Part shown: piece after piece, positions 31,674 through 41,887 of the stretch | How the letters are laid out: every line of letters begins with the position of its first letter | Numbering within the stretch: position 1 is the stretch's first letter | Assembly (NCBI GenBank): GCA_023228885.1 | Contig: JALOAJ010000003.1 | Location: 15,827 to 79,826 of the forward strand | Direction: 5' to 3' | Length of the DNA: 64,000 bases | Source: Bacillota bacterium | Lineage (GTDB): Bacteria > Bacillota > Clostridia > Monoglobales > Firm-18 | The notes under the pieces: model-generated | Told to the model about the DNA's origin: nothing | Seen by the model: the letters and a program-made list of their open reading frames with translations, nothing else | The model's database searches: none | Position numbers and translations under genes: made by a program

Positions 31674-32975
31674 ATGAGCGGCAAGAAGGCGCATGTTATA
31701 ACTTACGGTTGTGCGCAAAATGAAAACGATTCTGAAAGACTGCGCGGAATGCTTTTAGATATGGGATACACCCTTACAAATAAAAACGATGAGGCTGATG
31801 TCATTTTATTTAACACCTGTGCTGTGCGTGAGAACGCAGAGCAGAGGGTTTATAGCAATATCGGGGCATTAAAAGCCCTAAAAGCCCAAAACCCCGAAAT
31901 ATTAATCGGAGTTTGCGGTTGCATGGTGCAACAAAACCATGTGACGCAGCATATAAAAAATCGTTTCCCGCATATTGATTTTGTTTTTGGCACACACGCA
32001 ATATCACGATTTCCTCAAATTTTGCACAGCGCAACGCAGCAAAGGATATTTGACATTGCAGCGTGCAACGAGAGCTTGTCGGAGGGTATGCCGCACGACA
32101 GAATGTCTACCGTTATAGCAACAGTTTCAATAATGTACGGTTGCAATAACTTTTGTTCATATTGCATAGTCCCGCATGTAAGGGGGCGGGAAAAAAGCAG
32201 ATCGGTTCGCGATATAATATACGAGGCGGAAGGCTTGGCGGCGCAGGGCTATAAAGAAATAACCCTTTTGGGTCAAAATGTGAACTCGTATTCGGAAATA
32301 CCTTTTTATAAGCTGCTTGAATTGGTGAGCAAGGTTGACGGGATTGAACGGATACGGTTTATTTCATCTCATCCGAAGGATGTAACGGACAATCTTATAT
32401 ACACAATTGCAAGCAACCCCAAGGTGTGCAAGCAGTTGCATCTGCCCTTTCAAGCGGGCAGTAACAATGTTTTATCAGCTATGAACAGGCGATACACGCG
32501 CGAGGATTATTTAAAAATAATCAAGCAGTTGAAAGCAAAGATTCCCGGCATAACTCTCACAAGCGATGTTATTGTCGGCTTTCCCACCGAAACGAATGAT
32601 GATTTTGAACAAACGATAGACATGGTTAAAACGGTTGAATTTGATATGCTTTTCACCTTTTTATATTCAAGGCGCAAAGGAACGCCGGCAGAAAAAATTG
32701 AGCCTGTTTTAGCGCCCGACGAAATTAAAAATAATTTTGACAAATTGCTTGCGCTGCAAAACGAAATATCAGCCAAGCAAAATAATCGTCTTGTTGGGAA
32801 AACCGTCAAGGTGCTTGTTGAAGGCGAAAGCAAAAACGATAAAAAAAGTTTAAGCGGGCGCACCGATGGCGGCAAAATAGTGAATTTCAAAGGCTCTGAC
32901 ACGCTTATCGGCAAAATTATTGATGTGAAAATTACAAATGCGGCTTCATGGTCCCTTAGCGGAAGTGTGCTGTGA
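31674..32975 (+). CDS. miaB: tRNA (N6-isopentenyl adenosine(37)-C2)-methylthiotransferase
   Basis: N-terminal UPF0004 domain (VITYGCAQNENDSE), radical SAM CNNFCSYC, and C-terminal TRAM domain. GGAG RBS before ATG 31674. Confidence 0.9.
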   Translation: MSGKKAHVITYGCAQNENDSERLRGMLLDMGYTLTNKNDEADVILFNTCAVRENAEQRVYSNIGALKALKAQNPEILIGVCGCMVQQNHVTQHIKNRFPHIDFVFGTHAISRFPQILHSATQQRIFDIAACNESLSEGMPHDRMSTVIATVSIMYGCNNFCSYCIVPHVRGREKSRSVRDIIYEAEGLAAQGYKEITLLGQNVNSYSEIPFYKLLELVSKVDGIERIRFISSHPKDVTDNLIYTIASNPKVCKQLHLPFQAGSNNVLSAMNRRYTREDYLKIIKQLKAKIPGITLTSDVIVGFPTETNDDFEQTIDMVKTVEFDMLFTFLYSRRKGTPAEKIEPVLAPDEIKNNFDKLLALQNEISAKQNNRLVGKTVKVLVEGESKNDKKSLSGRTDGGKIVNFKGSDTLIGKIIDVKITNAASWSLSGSVL

Positions 32976-33021
32976 AATTTGTATATTAAAAAGAACTTTA
33001 GAGAGAGGCGGTAAACTTAAG

Positions 33022-35634
33022 TTGGATAATCTCTCACCAATGATGAGGCAATACTTTGAAATAAAAGAGCAGCATAAAGATTCAATCCTGTTTTTTAGGC
33101 TTGGCGATTTTTACGAGATGTTTTTTGATGATGCAATAACCGCATCAAAAGAATTAGAGCTGACCCTCACCGGGCGCGATTGCGGGCTTGAGGAAAGAGC
33201 CCCGATGTGCGGGGTGCCGTATCATTCGGCAGACCAATATATTGACAGGCTGATTGAAAAGGGGTATAAAGTCGCCATATGCGAGCAAACGCAAGACCCT
33301 GCCGAGGCAAAAGGGATTGTGCGCCGCGAAGTTCAAAGAGTGGTAACGGCAGGTACGGTTACAAGCTCTGCAATGTTAGATGAAAAAAATAATAATTTTT
33401 TATGCTGTATTCATTACGGAACATCTGCCGGCATAGCTTTTGTGGATGTTACAACAGGAGATTTATTCGTAACGGAAACGGGCAATGACGAAACATCAAT
33501 AATGCGTGAAATTTCACGATATTTCCCGAGCGAAATAGTTGCCAACGAAAAGTTTTGCGCCAACGCTCTGCTTGCAGACACCATAAAAGAACGGTTTGGC
33601 TGTTCTGTCAGTTGCACAAACGATTGGTGCTTTGACTTGGATTTTGCGGCATCTAAATTAAAAGAGCAGTTTGGCAAAGAGCTTGACAAGCTGCCTGTTT
33701 TAGGGCATGACAGCGCCGCAATTGCGGTGGGTGCGCTATTGGAATATATTTCGCAAACTCAAATGTGCCGTCTTGTGCATATATCAGATATTTATTATTA
33801 TGACGGCGGACATTTTATGGATATAGACTTTTCAACAAAGCGAAATCTTGAAATTATATCAACAATGCGCGACAACAAAAGAAAAGGCTCCCTTTTGTGG
33901 GTTTTGGACGATACTAAAACCTCAATGGGGGCAAGGCTCCTTAAAAGTTGGGCGGAAAAACCGCTTATAAGCTGTGTTGCAATCCAAAAACGGCTAAGCG
34001 GAGTTGACGAGTTGGCAAAAAACTCAATGCTTCGAGAGGATATCAGGGAAAATCTTTCATCCATTCAAGATATTGAGCGTCTTTTGGGCAAGGTTATTTC
34101 TGGCAGCGCAAACTGCCGTGATTTGCTTGCGCTGGGCAGGTCGTTTTTACCGTTACCCAGCATCAAAAAAAGCATGATGAACACCGAAACCGAGATTATG
34201 ACCTCCACCGCTGACAGCATCGACACGCTTGAAGATGTGTGCTCCATGTTAAACCGCGCCATTGTGGACAGCCCGCCTTTTACCGTGCGTGAGGGCGGGA
34301 TTATACGCGAAGGATACAGCGAAGAAGTGGACTTACTGCGCAACTCGATTGAAAACGGGCAAAAGTGGATTGCCGAGCTTGAGGCGAAGGAACGGGAAAA
34401 GACCGGCATTAAAAATTTAAAAATCGGTTATAACAGAGTTTTCGGGTATTACATAGAAGTTTCAAAATCAAACATATCTTCCGTTCCAGACAGCTACACA
34501 CGAAAGCAGACGCTTGCGAACTGCGAGCGTTACATTACCGGCGAGTTAAAAGAAGCGGAAAACAATATACTTGGCGCAAATGAGCGAATTAACCAGCTTG
34601 AATATACGATTTTTTGCGAAGTTAAAGATAAAGTTGCGGCGGGGTATGACAGAATACAAAAAACAGCTAAGGCGCTTGCAACGGCAGATGTGTTATGCAA
34701 TTTTGCGCACATTTCGGTAAAAAACAACTATTGTTTGCCGACGGTTGATTTAGGCGACAAAATTTCTATTAAAGACGGGCGCCACCCTGTGGTTGAAAAA
34801 ATGCTTAAAAGCGGGGTTTTTGTGCCCAACGACACAACCCTTGACAAAACGGAACGCCTTATGATAATTACCGGTCCCAATATGGCGGGAAAATCAACAT
34901 ATATGCGACAAGTTGCGTTAATTTCGTTGATGGCGCAAATCGGTTGCTTTGTGCCTGCATCATCGGCGCATTTAGGGGTGGTAGACAAAATTTTCACAAG
35001 AGTTGGCGCAAGCGACGACCTTGCCTCCGGTCAAAGCACCTTTTTGATTGAAATGAACGAGGTAGCCAACATTTTAGACAATGCAACGCAAAGGAGTCTT
35101 TTAATACTTGATGAAATCGGCAGAGGGACAAGCACCTATGACGGGCTTAGCATAGCGTGGGCAGTTGCGGAATATGTTGCAGACATTAAAAAGTTGGGCG
35201 CTAAAACATTGTTTGCCACACATTATCACGAACTGACAGAGCTTGAAGGCAAGGTTGACGGCGTGAAAAATTACTGCATTGCAGCGAAAAAGCGAAAGGA
35301 TGACATAATATTCCTACGCAAAATAATACGCGGCGGTGCGGACGACAGCTATGGAATAGAAGTTGCAAAGCTTGCAGGGGTTAAAAACGAGGTTATAAAT
35401 CGGGCTAAAGAAATTGTAACATCGCTCGAAGATACCAACATTAACAAAACGGACATTGTAAAAATGAAAGAAAAAAGGGAAAAGCCAAAAGCCGAATCGG
35501 GGCAAATCGGTTTTGCGGAATTTGGCGGCGTTGATATTATCAACAAGCTTAAAAAAATCGACCCGTCCACCATAACCCCTTTGGAGGCTATGAATATATT
35601 ATACGATTTAAAAATAAAGGCTGATAAAGTTTAA
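33022..35634 (+). CDS. mutS: DNA mismatch repair protein MutS
   Basis: LSPMMRQYFEIKEQ, FYEMFFDDA, Walker A GPNMAGKST and DEIGRGTSTYDG motifs. The start is uncertain: TTG 33022, or ATG 33041/33044. Confidence 0.93.
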   Translation: MDNLSPMMRQYFEIKEQHKDSILFFRLGDFYEMFFDDAITASKELELTLTGRDCGLEERAPMCGVPYHSADQYIDRLIEKGYKVAICEQTQDPAEAKGIVRREVQRVVTAGTVTSSAMLDEKNNNFLCCIHYGTSAGIAFVDVTTGDLFVTETGNDETSIMREISRYFPSEIVANEKFCANALLADTIKERFGCSVSCTNDWCFDLDFAASKLKEQFGKELDKLPVLGHDSAAIAVGALLEYISQTQMCRLVHISDIYYYDGGHFMDIDFSTKRNLEIISTMRDNKRKGSLLWVLDDTKTSMGARLLKSWAEKPLISCVAIQKRLSGVDELAKNSMLREDIRENLSSIQDIERLLGKVISGSANCRDLLALGRSFLPLPSIKKSMMNTETEIMTSTADSIDTLEDVCSMLNRAIVDSPPFTVREGGIIREGYSEEVDLLRNSIENGQKWIAELEAKEREKTGIKNLKIGYNRVFGYYIEVSKSNISSVPDSYTRKQTLANCERYITGELKEAENNILGANERINQLEYTIFCEVKDKVAAGYDRIQKTAKALATADVLCNFAHISVKNNYCLPTVDLGDKISIKDGRHPVVEKMLKSGVFVPNDTTLDKTERLMIITGPNMAGKSTYMRQVALISLMAQIGCFVPASSAHLGVVDKIFTRVGASDDLASGQSTFLIEMNEVANILDNATQRSLLILDEIGRGTSTYDGLSIAWAVAEYVADIKKLGAKTLFATHYHELTELEGKVDGVKNYCIAAKKRKDDIIFLRKIIRGGADDSYGIEVAKLAGVKNEVINRAKEIVTSLEDTNINKTDIVKMKEKREKPKAESGQIGFAEFGGVDIINKLKKIDPSTITPLEAMNILYDLKIKADKV

Positions 35635-35666
35635 TGGGCAGTATGTCGGAAAGGCGCCGGTGCAAA

Positions 35667-37388
35667 ATGAACAAAATACGCATCCTCACAACTGATATTT
35701 CAAATAAAATAGCGGCGGGCGAAGTGGTTGAAAACCCTGCATCCGTTGTTAAAGAATTAATCGAAAATGCTATTGATGCAGGCGCAAATTTAATCACCGT
35801 TGAAATTAAAAACGGCGGAATATCATATATACGAATTACGGATAACGGAATCGGGATGGAAGCGGAAGATGCCAAAGCCGCTTTTTTACGGCATGCAACG
35901 AGCAAAATTGCAAGCATTGACGACCTTGAAAAAATATCAACCCTCGGATTTCGCGGTGAGGCGCTTGCAAGCATAGCGGCGGTATCCAATATCGAATTGG
36001 AAACAAAGACAAAAAACGGTGAAGGAGTATTTTTAAGGCTTGAAGCGGGAAAGCTTATTGATGAGCGGGCGACAGGCTGCCCTGACGGCACAACAATCAC
36101 AGTTAATGATTTGTTTTTCAACACGCCTGCAAGAATGAAGTTTTTGAAAACCGACAGGACGGAAACAAGCTATGTCACCGATATCATACAGCGTCTTATA
36201 CTTGGAAATCCGAGTGTTTCGATAAAATATATTGTAGATGGCAAAGAACGCCTGTTTTTTGGCGGGGACGGTTCTTTAAGGTCTTGCGTTTACAGCGTTT
36301 ATGGTCGTGAATATGCAAAAGGGGCTTTGGAAACAGAGCGGCATGAAAACAATGTTAAAATTTTAGGTTTGATTGGCGCCGCTGACACATCAAGGGGAAA
36401 CAGAGGCTTTCAAAGCTTTTTTTTAAACGGCAGATACATTAAAAACAGACCGTTGACATTTGCCGTTGAGGCGGCATATAAAAATGTTTTAATGACAGGC
36501 AGGTTTCCGTTTTTTGTGATACACATGGATGTTTCGCCTGAATTTGCCGATGTAAATGTGCATCCCTCAAAGCAGGAGGTTAAATTTGCCAACGAGCGCG
36601 CATTGTGCGATGAAGTTTATTGGGCTGTCAAAAACACCCTTGCCCAAGGCGCAGATGAGCAAATTCAAAAATTTGCCCCGATAAAAACCATTGGGGAAAA
36701 ATCGTTGCATTTTAATGAGCCTATAACCCAAATTAAAATGCCGGACATTAAAGATGTTAAAACCTTTATTTCTCAAATTGCGCAAAACAGCGAACAGGCT
36801 AACGAAATAGATAACGACGATTATAAAATTGCCGGACAACTTTTTGACACCTACATTATAGCGGAATTTAAAGATAAAATAGTGTTAATTGACCAACACG
36901 CGGCGCATGAACGCTTGATTTTTGAGCGGCTAAAAAAAGCATACGCCGAAAAACAGCCAATGGGACAGGTATTGCTTTCGCCCATTTCGGCAATCCTTTT
37001 GCCGGAAGAATATGCCGTTGTATTAGAAAATTTAAAAGTTTTTACAGATATGGGTTTTGAAATAGAGGATTTTGGCAATAATTCTATATTAATAAGACAA
37101 ACGCCCGTCAATGCAGACAGAGAAACTATAAAAGCCCTTATTTGCGAACTTGTTGACGCGCTAAACACAGCGGGAGAAATACTTTTTAAAATTGAGGAGC
37201 AAATGTTAAAATCAATATCGTGCAAAGCCGCGGTAAAGGGAAACAACATGTTGCATAAAAGTGAAATTGATGCATTGCTAAGCGATATGTCAAGTGAAAA
37301 AGGCATAAACACTTGCCCTCACGGGCGACCGCTGACCGTTGTAATGACAAAATACGAGCTTGAAAAAATGTTTAAGAGGGTGGTGTAA
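35667..37388 (+). CDS. mutL: DNA mismatch repair protein MutL
   Basis: IRILTTDISNKIAAGEVVENPASVVKELIENAIDAG (GHKL ATPase), and C-terminal dimerisation/endonuclease region DQHAAHERLIFE. Confidence 0.93.
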   Translation: MNKIRILTTDISNKIAAGEVVENPASVVKELIENAIDAGANLITVEIKNGGISYIRITDNGIGMEAEDAKAAFLRHATSKIASIDDLEKISTLGFRGEALASIAAVSNIELETKTKNGEGVFLRLEAGKLIDERATGCPDGTTITVNDLFFNTPARMKFLKTDRTETSYVTDIIQRLILGNPSVSIKYIVDGKERLFFGGDGSLRSCVYSVYGREYAKGALETERHENNVKILGLIGAADTSRGNRGFQSFFLNGRYIKNRPLTFAVEAAYKNVLMTGRFPFFVIHMDVSPEFADVNVHPSKQEVKFANERALCDEVYWAVKNTLAQGADEQIQKFAPIKTIGEKSLHFNEPITQIKMPDIKDVKTFISQIAQNSEQANEIDNDDYKIAGQLFDTYIIAEFKDKIVLIDQHAAHERLIFERLKKAYAEKQPMGQVLLSPISAILLPEEYAVVLENLKVFTDMGFEIEDFGNNSILIRQTPVNADRETIKALICELVDALNTAGEILFKIEEQMLKSISCKAAVKGNNMLHKSEIDALLSDMSSEKGINTCPHGRPLTVVMTKYELEKMFKRVV

Positions 37389-37394
37389 TTTGCC

Positions 37395-38279
37395 ATGAAA
37401 AAACCTCTTACTGTTATAACAGGCCCTACCGCATCAGGAAAAACGGCAATGTCGATAGAACTTGCCATCAAAAAAGGCGGCGAAATTGTGAATGCCGATT
37501 CTATGCAGGTGTACAAACACATGGATATTGGGACGGCAAAACCGCCTGCACATGAGCGCAAAGGTATAACGCACCATCTTATTGACATTGTTGAGCCTAC
37601 CGAGCGTTTTTCGGTGGCGCAGTATACTGCGGCGGCGCATAATTGCATTAACGATATTCACAACAGGGGAAAGTTGCCCATTTTAGTGGGCGGCACAGGC
37701 TTATATATTGATTCGGTGGTTAAAAACATAAAATATGCCAAGGGTGGTGTTGATGAAAATTACAGATTGAAGCTTAGAAATTTAGAAAAGCAAAAAGGTG
37801 CCGGATATTTGCATAATAAATTGAAAAAGATTGACGAAGCAGCGGCAAAAACAATTCATCCGATCGACATTAAACGAACAATAAGGGCTTTGGAAGTATA
37901 TCAGTTGACAGGGAAAACCATAACAGAACAAAAAAGACAGTCGCAACTTGAAGGGCCGCTATATGATACGCAAATTTTTTGCATAGATATTGACAGAAAC
38001 GAACTTTATAACCGTATTAATGCGCGGGTTGAAAGTATGTTTGCAAATGGTCTTGTGAATGAGGCGCTAAAGCTCTTTAAAATGGGAATTGATGAGCGGT
38101 TTACATCAATGCAGGGCATAGGATATAAGGAAACACTTCATTACATCAAGGGAATTGCAACATTGGAGGAAACTAAAAACATTATAGCCCGCAACACACG
38201 GCGATATGCTAAGCGTCAGCTTACTTGGTTTAGAAAAAACGAAAAAATAATTTGGATAAGGGGGCAGGTCGAATGGTAA
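37395..38279 (+). CDS. miaA: tRNA dimethylallyltransferase
   Basis: P-loop [26 protein letters not shown], and GGTGLYI. Confidence 0.9.
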   Translation: MKKPLTVITGPTASGKTAMSIELAIKKGGEIVNADSMQVYKHMDIGTAKPPAHERKGITHHLIDIVEPTERFSVAQYTAAAHNCINDIHNRGKLPILVGGTGLYIDSVVKNIKYAKGGVDENYRLKLRNLEKQKGAGYLHNKLKKIDEAAAKTIHPIDIKRTIRALEVYQLTGKTITEQKRQSQLEGPLYDTQIFCIDIDRNELYNRINARVESMFANGLVNEALKLFKMGIDERFTSMQGIGYKETLHYIKGIATLEETKNIIARNTRRYAKRQLTWFRKNEKIIWIRGQVEW

Positions 38280-38515
38280 AAGGTGTTGCCAACTTGCAAG
38301 ATATATTCCTCAACCAAGCCCGCAAAGACAGGGTTTTGGTTACAACTTTTTTAACAAACGGATTCCAGTTTAAAGGTGTTATAAAAGGGTTTGACAACTT
38401 TACAATGATACTTGAAAGCGAAGGAAAACAGCAATTGGTTTATAAACATGCAGTTTCTACAATAGTTTCGTCAAAGCCAATGCTGTTGATGGGTGACAAC
38501 AATAATTCCGAATAA
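38273..38515 (+). CDS. hfq: RNA chaperone Hfq
   Basis: [42 protein letters not shown]...YKHAVSTIV (Sm1/Sm2). AGGGGGCAGG RBS before ATG 38273. It overlaps the miaA stop. Confidence 0.9.
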   Translation: MVKGVANLQDIFLNQARKDRVLVTTFLTNGFQFKGVIKGFDNFTMILESEGKQQLVYKHAVSTIVSSKPMLLMGDNNNSE

Positions 38516-38532
38516 AGGAGTGGATAGCTTAC

Positions 38533-39795
38533 ATGACCGCTTCAAAAAAACCGACTAAAATTCAAGCAAAAAAGAAAAAAAATATAGCGGTTAGGATACT
38601 GCTTCTTTTAATTTTTTGCCTTGGCGCATATGGTCTTATTATGATTGGGGCTGAACCCGTTTCCACAGAAACGGTTCGGCACGGCACAATTGAAGACAAG
38701 CTAAGCACAAGCGGATATATATTACGAAAAGAAACGGTTATAAAAGCGCCTTCCAATGGTATAATAAGCTGCGTTGTGCCGGAAGGCGAAAGGGTAAATA
38801 AAAACGCCAAAGTTTTATCCGTTTTTGAGGGCAAATTTGACGAAAACTTGCAAAGTAAAATTAACAATATAAATAACCGAATAGAGCAGCTTGAACGAAG
38901 TAAAGCAAAAAGCGGGCTTATAATCGGCGATATAATTCAAATCGAAAACAGGGTGGCAAAAACCGTTGAAGATATTATAGAAGCTTCATATCAAAGGGAT
39001 ATAGAAAAAGTGTCGGAATATAAAAACGACTTGGACGGCATTCTTGCACAGCGGGCAAAAGAGTTGGGCGGCGAAGTTCAAAGCATCGACAAAGCGGGGC
39101 AGCTTGCGGAAGAAAAAAAACGGCTTGAGGCTCAGTCCGGCGGCAAAAGAATTGATTTGTACGCACCTGTTTCAGGGGTGTTTAGCACAGACATTGACGG
39201 GTTTGAAAGCCACTTTGATTTATCCGACCCCAATGGTATTTCACCCGAGCTGTTAGAGCAAGCAAATGAAATTGAGTTGGGGAAAGGAAAAGGCGTATCG
39301 GCAGACGGCAGTGTTGCAAAAATTGTTGACAATTATGAATGGTTTTATGCCGCGACTGTTGATGCAAAATGCGTTTGGGATGTTCAAGCGGGGGAATATG
39401 TGTTACTGAGGTTTCCGGAATTTTCTGAAAAAACGCTTGATGCAAATGTCAGCTACATTTCCGATGAAAAAGACGGTAAGGTATCTATTGTAATAGCTTG
39501 TATGCAGTATTTTGAAAATATATATTCAACCCGCAAGGCAAATGTTGAAATAATAAGAAAGCGCCACAGCGGGTTTAAAGTTCCGATAAAAGCGATTAGG
39601 GTTAAAGACGACGGCACAAACGGAGTTTACATAATTAAAGAAAATATTGCGTTGTTTAAAGAGATAGAAGTGCTGTATAAGGGAGACGAGTATGTTATAG
39701 CGAAAGAAGACAACAACGCAAAAAATGGGCTGCTGCTTTACGATGAAATGGTTATTTCGGGAAACAATGTTGCGGAAGGGAAGGTTGTTCGATGA
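38533..39795 (+). CDS. HlyD/membrane-fusion-protein-like adaptor (N-terminal TM, coiled coil, beta-barrel); orphan
   Basis: 420 aa with a Lys-rich N-terminus plus a TM segment. Hairpin-type coiled-coil segments (NNINNRIEQLERSKA..., LAEEKKRLEAQ) are flanked by lipoyl-like and barrel-like beta regions. ATGA overlap with yggS. Confidence 0.55.
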   Translation: MTASKKPTKIQAKKKKNIAVRILLLLIFCLGAYGLIMIGAEPVSTETVRHGTIEDKLSTSGYILRKETVIKAPSNGIISCVVPEGERVNKNAKVLSVFEGKFDENLQSKINNINNRIEQLERSKAKSGLIIGDIIQIENRVAKTVEDIIEASYQRDIEKVSEYKNDLDGILAQRAKELGGEVQSIDKAGQLAEEKKRLEAQSGGKRIDLYAPVSGVFSTDIDGFESHFDLSDPNGISPELLEQANEIELGKGKGVSADGSVAKIVDNYEWFYAATVDAKCVWDVQAGEYVLLRFPEFSEKTLDANVSYISDEKDGKVSIVIACMQYFENIYSTRKANVEIIRKRHSGFKVPIKAIRVKDDGTNGVYIIKENIALFKEIEVLYKGDEYVIAKEDNNAKNGLLLYDEMVISGNNVAEGKVVR

Positions 39796-40487
39796 ATATT
39801 TCCGATAACATTAAAAAAATTAATGAAAAAATTGATATTGCGGCGCAAAAAAGCGGCAGAACACGAAAAGATATTTTGCTTGTTGGGGTAACTAAAACAA
39901 TCGATTCACACAAAATCGAGCAGGCGGCCTTGTGCGGCATAAACGATTTTGGTGAAAACAAGGCGCAAGAGTTTGTTAGAAAACAGCCTGATTTCCCTGA
40001 GGCAAGTTGGCATTTTATCGGTCATTTACAAACGAACAAGGCAAAATATGTTGTGGAAAAAGCGCATTTGATTCATTCTGTTGACAGTTTAAGGCTTGCA
40101 AAAGAAGTTAGCAGGCTTGCAAAAAAGAAAGATATAACTTGCAAAGTTTTAATTCAACTTAATATTTCTGCAGAGTCGACAAAATTCGGCATACCTCCAA
40201 AAGAGCTTATACCGTTGCTTGAAAGCGTGCAAACCCTTGATAATATAAAGGTTTGCGGGCTTATGACCATAGCGCCCATAAATGCAAAAAAAGAAGAAAC
40301 AAAATATTTGTATGAAAAATGTAATAATTTATTTGTTGACATTAAGGGGAAAAAATACCATAATGTATGTATGGAAATCTTGTCGATGGGCATGACTAAT
40401 GATTTTGAAACGGCAATTTTATGCGGGGCAAATATCGTTCGCATCGGCAGCGGCATTTTTGGAAAAAGGAACTATGACATAAAATAA
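39792..40487 (+). CDS. yggS: YggS/YlmE family pyridoxal-phosphate homeostasis protein
   Basis: LVGVTKT (PLP-binding Lys), FGENKAQE, WHFIGHLQTNK, LSMGMTNDFE and VRIGSGIFG motifs. Confidence 0.9.
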   Translation: MNISDNIKKINEKIDIAAQKSGRTRKDILLVGVTKTIDSHKIEQAALCGINDFGENKAQEFVRKQPDFPEASWHFIGHLQTNKAKYVVEKAHLIHSVDSLRLAKEVSRLAKKKDITCKVLIQLNISAESTKFGIPPKELIPLLESVQTLDNIKVCGLMTIAPINAKKEETKYLYEKCNNLFVDIKGKKYHNVCMEILSMGMTNDFETAILCGANIVRIGSGIFGKRNYDIK

Positions 40488-40543
40488 ATTTTGTTTCGGA
40501 TAAATTGCTATTTAATAATATAAAAATAGGGGGTTGTTAAAAA

Positions 40544-40969
40544 ATGAGTTTTTTGAACAAGCTAAAAAGTTTCGCAGGTTTTGATACTGAATTTGACGAG
40601 CAGGATTTTTTGGAAACGACAGGCGAAGATGATGAAAGGGATTTTACCGTTAAAAAAGGAAAAATAGTAAATATACATACCACAACACAGCTCAAGGTTG
40701 TAGTTGTTTCGCCTGAAACCTTTGATGAGGCAAGGGATATTGCAGAACACCTGAAATCTAAAAAACCGGTCGTAATAAATTTAGAAGGGGTGGAACGCGA
40801 AATCGCCCGCAGAATTATTGATTTTTTAAGCGGTTCGGTGTTCGCACTTGACGGCAACATTCAAAAAATTTCAAGCGGCATTTTTTTAATTGCCCCGTAT
40901 AATGTGGGAATAATGGGGGACTTCCGCGATGAACTTAGAAACAAAGGGGTTTTTCCTTGGACTTACTAA
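40544..40969 (+). CDS. sepF: cell division protein SepF
   Basis: 141 aa with the conserved core VVVSPETFDEARDIAEHLKSKKPVVINLEG...RIIDFLSGSVFALDGNIQKIS..IFLIAP. Confidence 0.9.
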   Translation: MSFLNKLKSFAGFDTEFDEQDFLETTGEDDERDFTVKKGKIVNIHTTTQLKVVVVSPETFDEARDIAEHLKSKKPVVINLEGVEREIARRIIDFLSGSVFALDGNIQKISSGIFLIAPYNVGIMGDFRDELRNKGVFPWTY

Positions 40970-41011
40970 GCGGGCGGCGTTGAAAAGCAATCGGGAAAAT
41001 GGGGTTTTACA

Positions 41012-41269
41012 ATGTTGATATATTTAGTTTTTAAACTTTTAAATTTGGTAGAAATTTTATTGCTTGTGCGCGTTGTGATATCATGGTTGCCCATAGGCCA
41101 CAATAGGTTTACAGAAATCTTGTATACTGTGACGGAACCTATTTTAGCGCCTATTCGCAATTTGCTTGATTCTGCAATGGGAAACAGGGCGATAATGATT
41201 GATTTTTCGCCAATTATAGCATTTATGCTTATAGGGCTTTTAAAAAGACTTATTGTAAGTTGGATTTAA
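41012..41269 (+). CDS. YggT/YlmG family membrane protein
   Basis: 85 aa with 2 TM segments and the LLVRVVISWLP...L..TEPILAPIR signature. Confidence 0.8.
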   Translation: MLIYLVFKLLNLVEILLLVRVVISWLPIGHNRFTEILYTVTEPILAPIRNLLDSAMGNRAIMIDFSPIIAFMLIGLLKRLIVSWI

Positions 41270-41289
41270 ATAAAAGGGGGTAGGGAAAA

Positions 41290-41850
41290 ATGATTACACC
41301 GCTGGACATTCAAAACAAGGTGTTTAATAAGGATTTTCGCGGTTATAGCGTTGCGGAGGTTGACGAATTTTTAAATACAATAATCGAAAGTTATGAACAA
41401 CTGTATCGGCAAAACATTGAAAATCGCGATAAAATAACTTCGATGAACGACACCATCAACCATTATAAGGCGCTGGAGGAAACGCTGAAAAGCACCCTCG
41501 TTGTGGCGCAACAAACAGGCGAAAACATCCAAAAGGTTGCGGAGGAAAAAGCCAAATCAATAGTGGACGAGGCATATGCATCTTCAAAAAAAATTATATC
41601 GGATGCACATGATGAGGTTAAAAGCATTTCGAATAAGTATGATGAAATAAAAAGGAATGTTGACCTTTATCGTATGCGCATGACGGGGCTTATAAATTCG
41701 TTGCTTGACCTTTTAAACAGCGCCGCATCCGATAAAACGCTTACAGAAATTGTAGGCGTCAATGAGGCGTTGCAACAACTTGAAGAAAGTGCGGGCATGA
41801 GCGAAAACGCAGACGGTGCCGAGCAAGAGGAAAACTTAACATCGGAATAA
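41290..41850 (+). CDS. divIVA: DivIVA domain-containing cell division protein
   Basis: MITPLDIQNKVFNKDFRGYSVAEVDEFL N-terminal lipid-binding domain followed by a coiled coil. Confidence 0.85.
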   Translation: MITPLDIQNKVFNKDFRGYSVAEVDEFLNTIIESYEQLYRQNIENRDKITSMNDTINHYKALEETLKSTLVVAQQTGENIQKVAEEKAKSIVDEAYASSKKIISDAHDEVKSISNKYDEIKRNVDLYRMRMTGLINSLLDLLNSAASDKTLTEIVGVNEALQQLEESAGMSENADGAEQEENLTSE

Positions 41851-41887
41851 ACAATGCAATATAGAATGGTAATAGGAGCTGATACCC

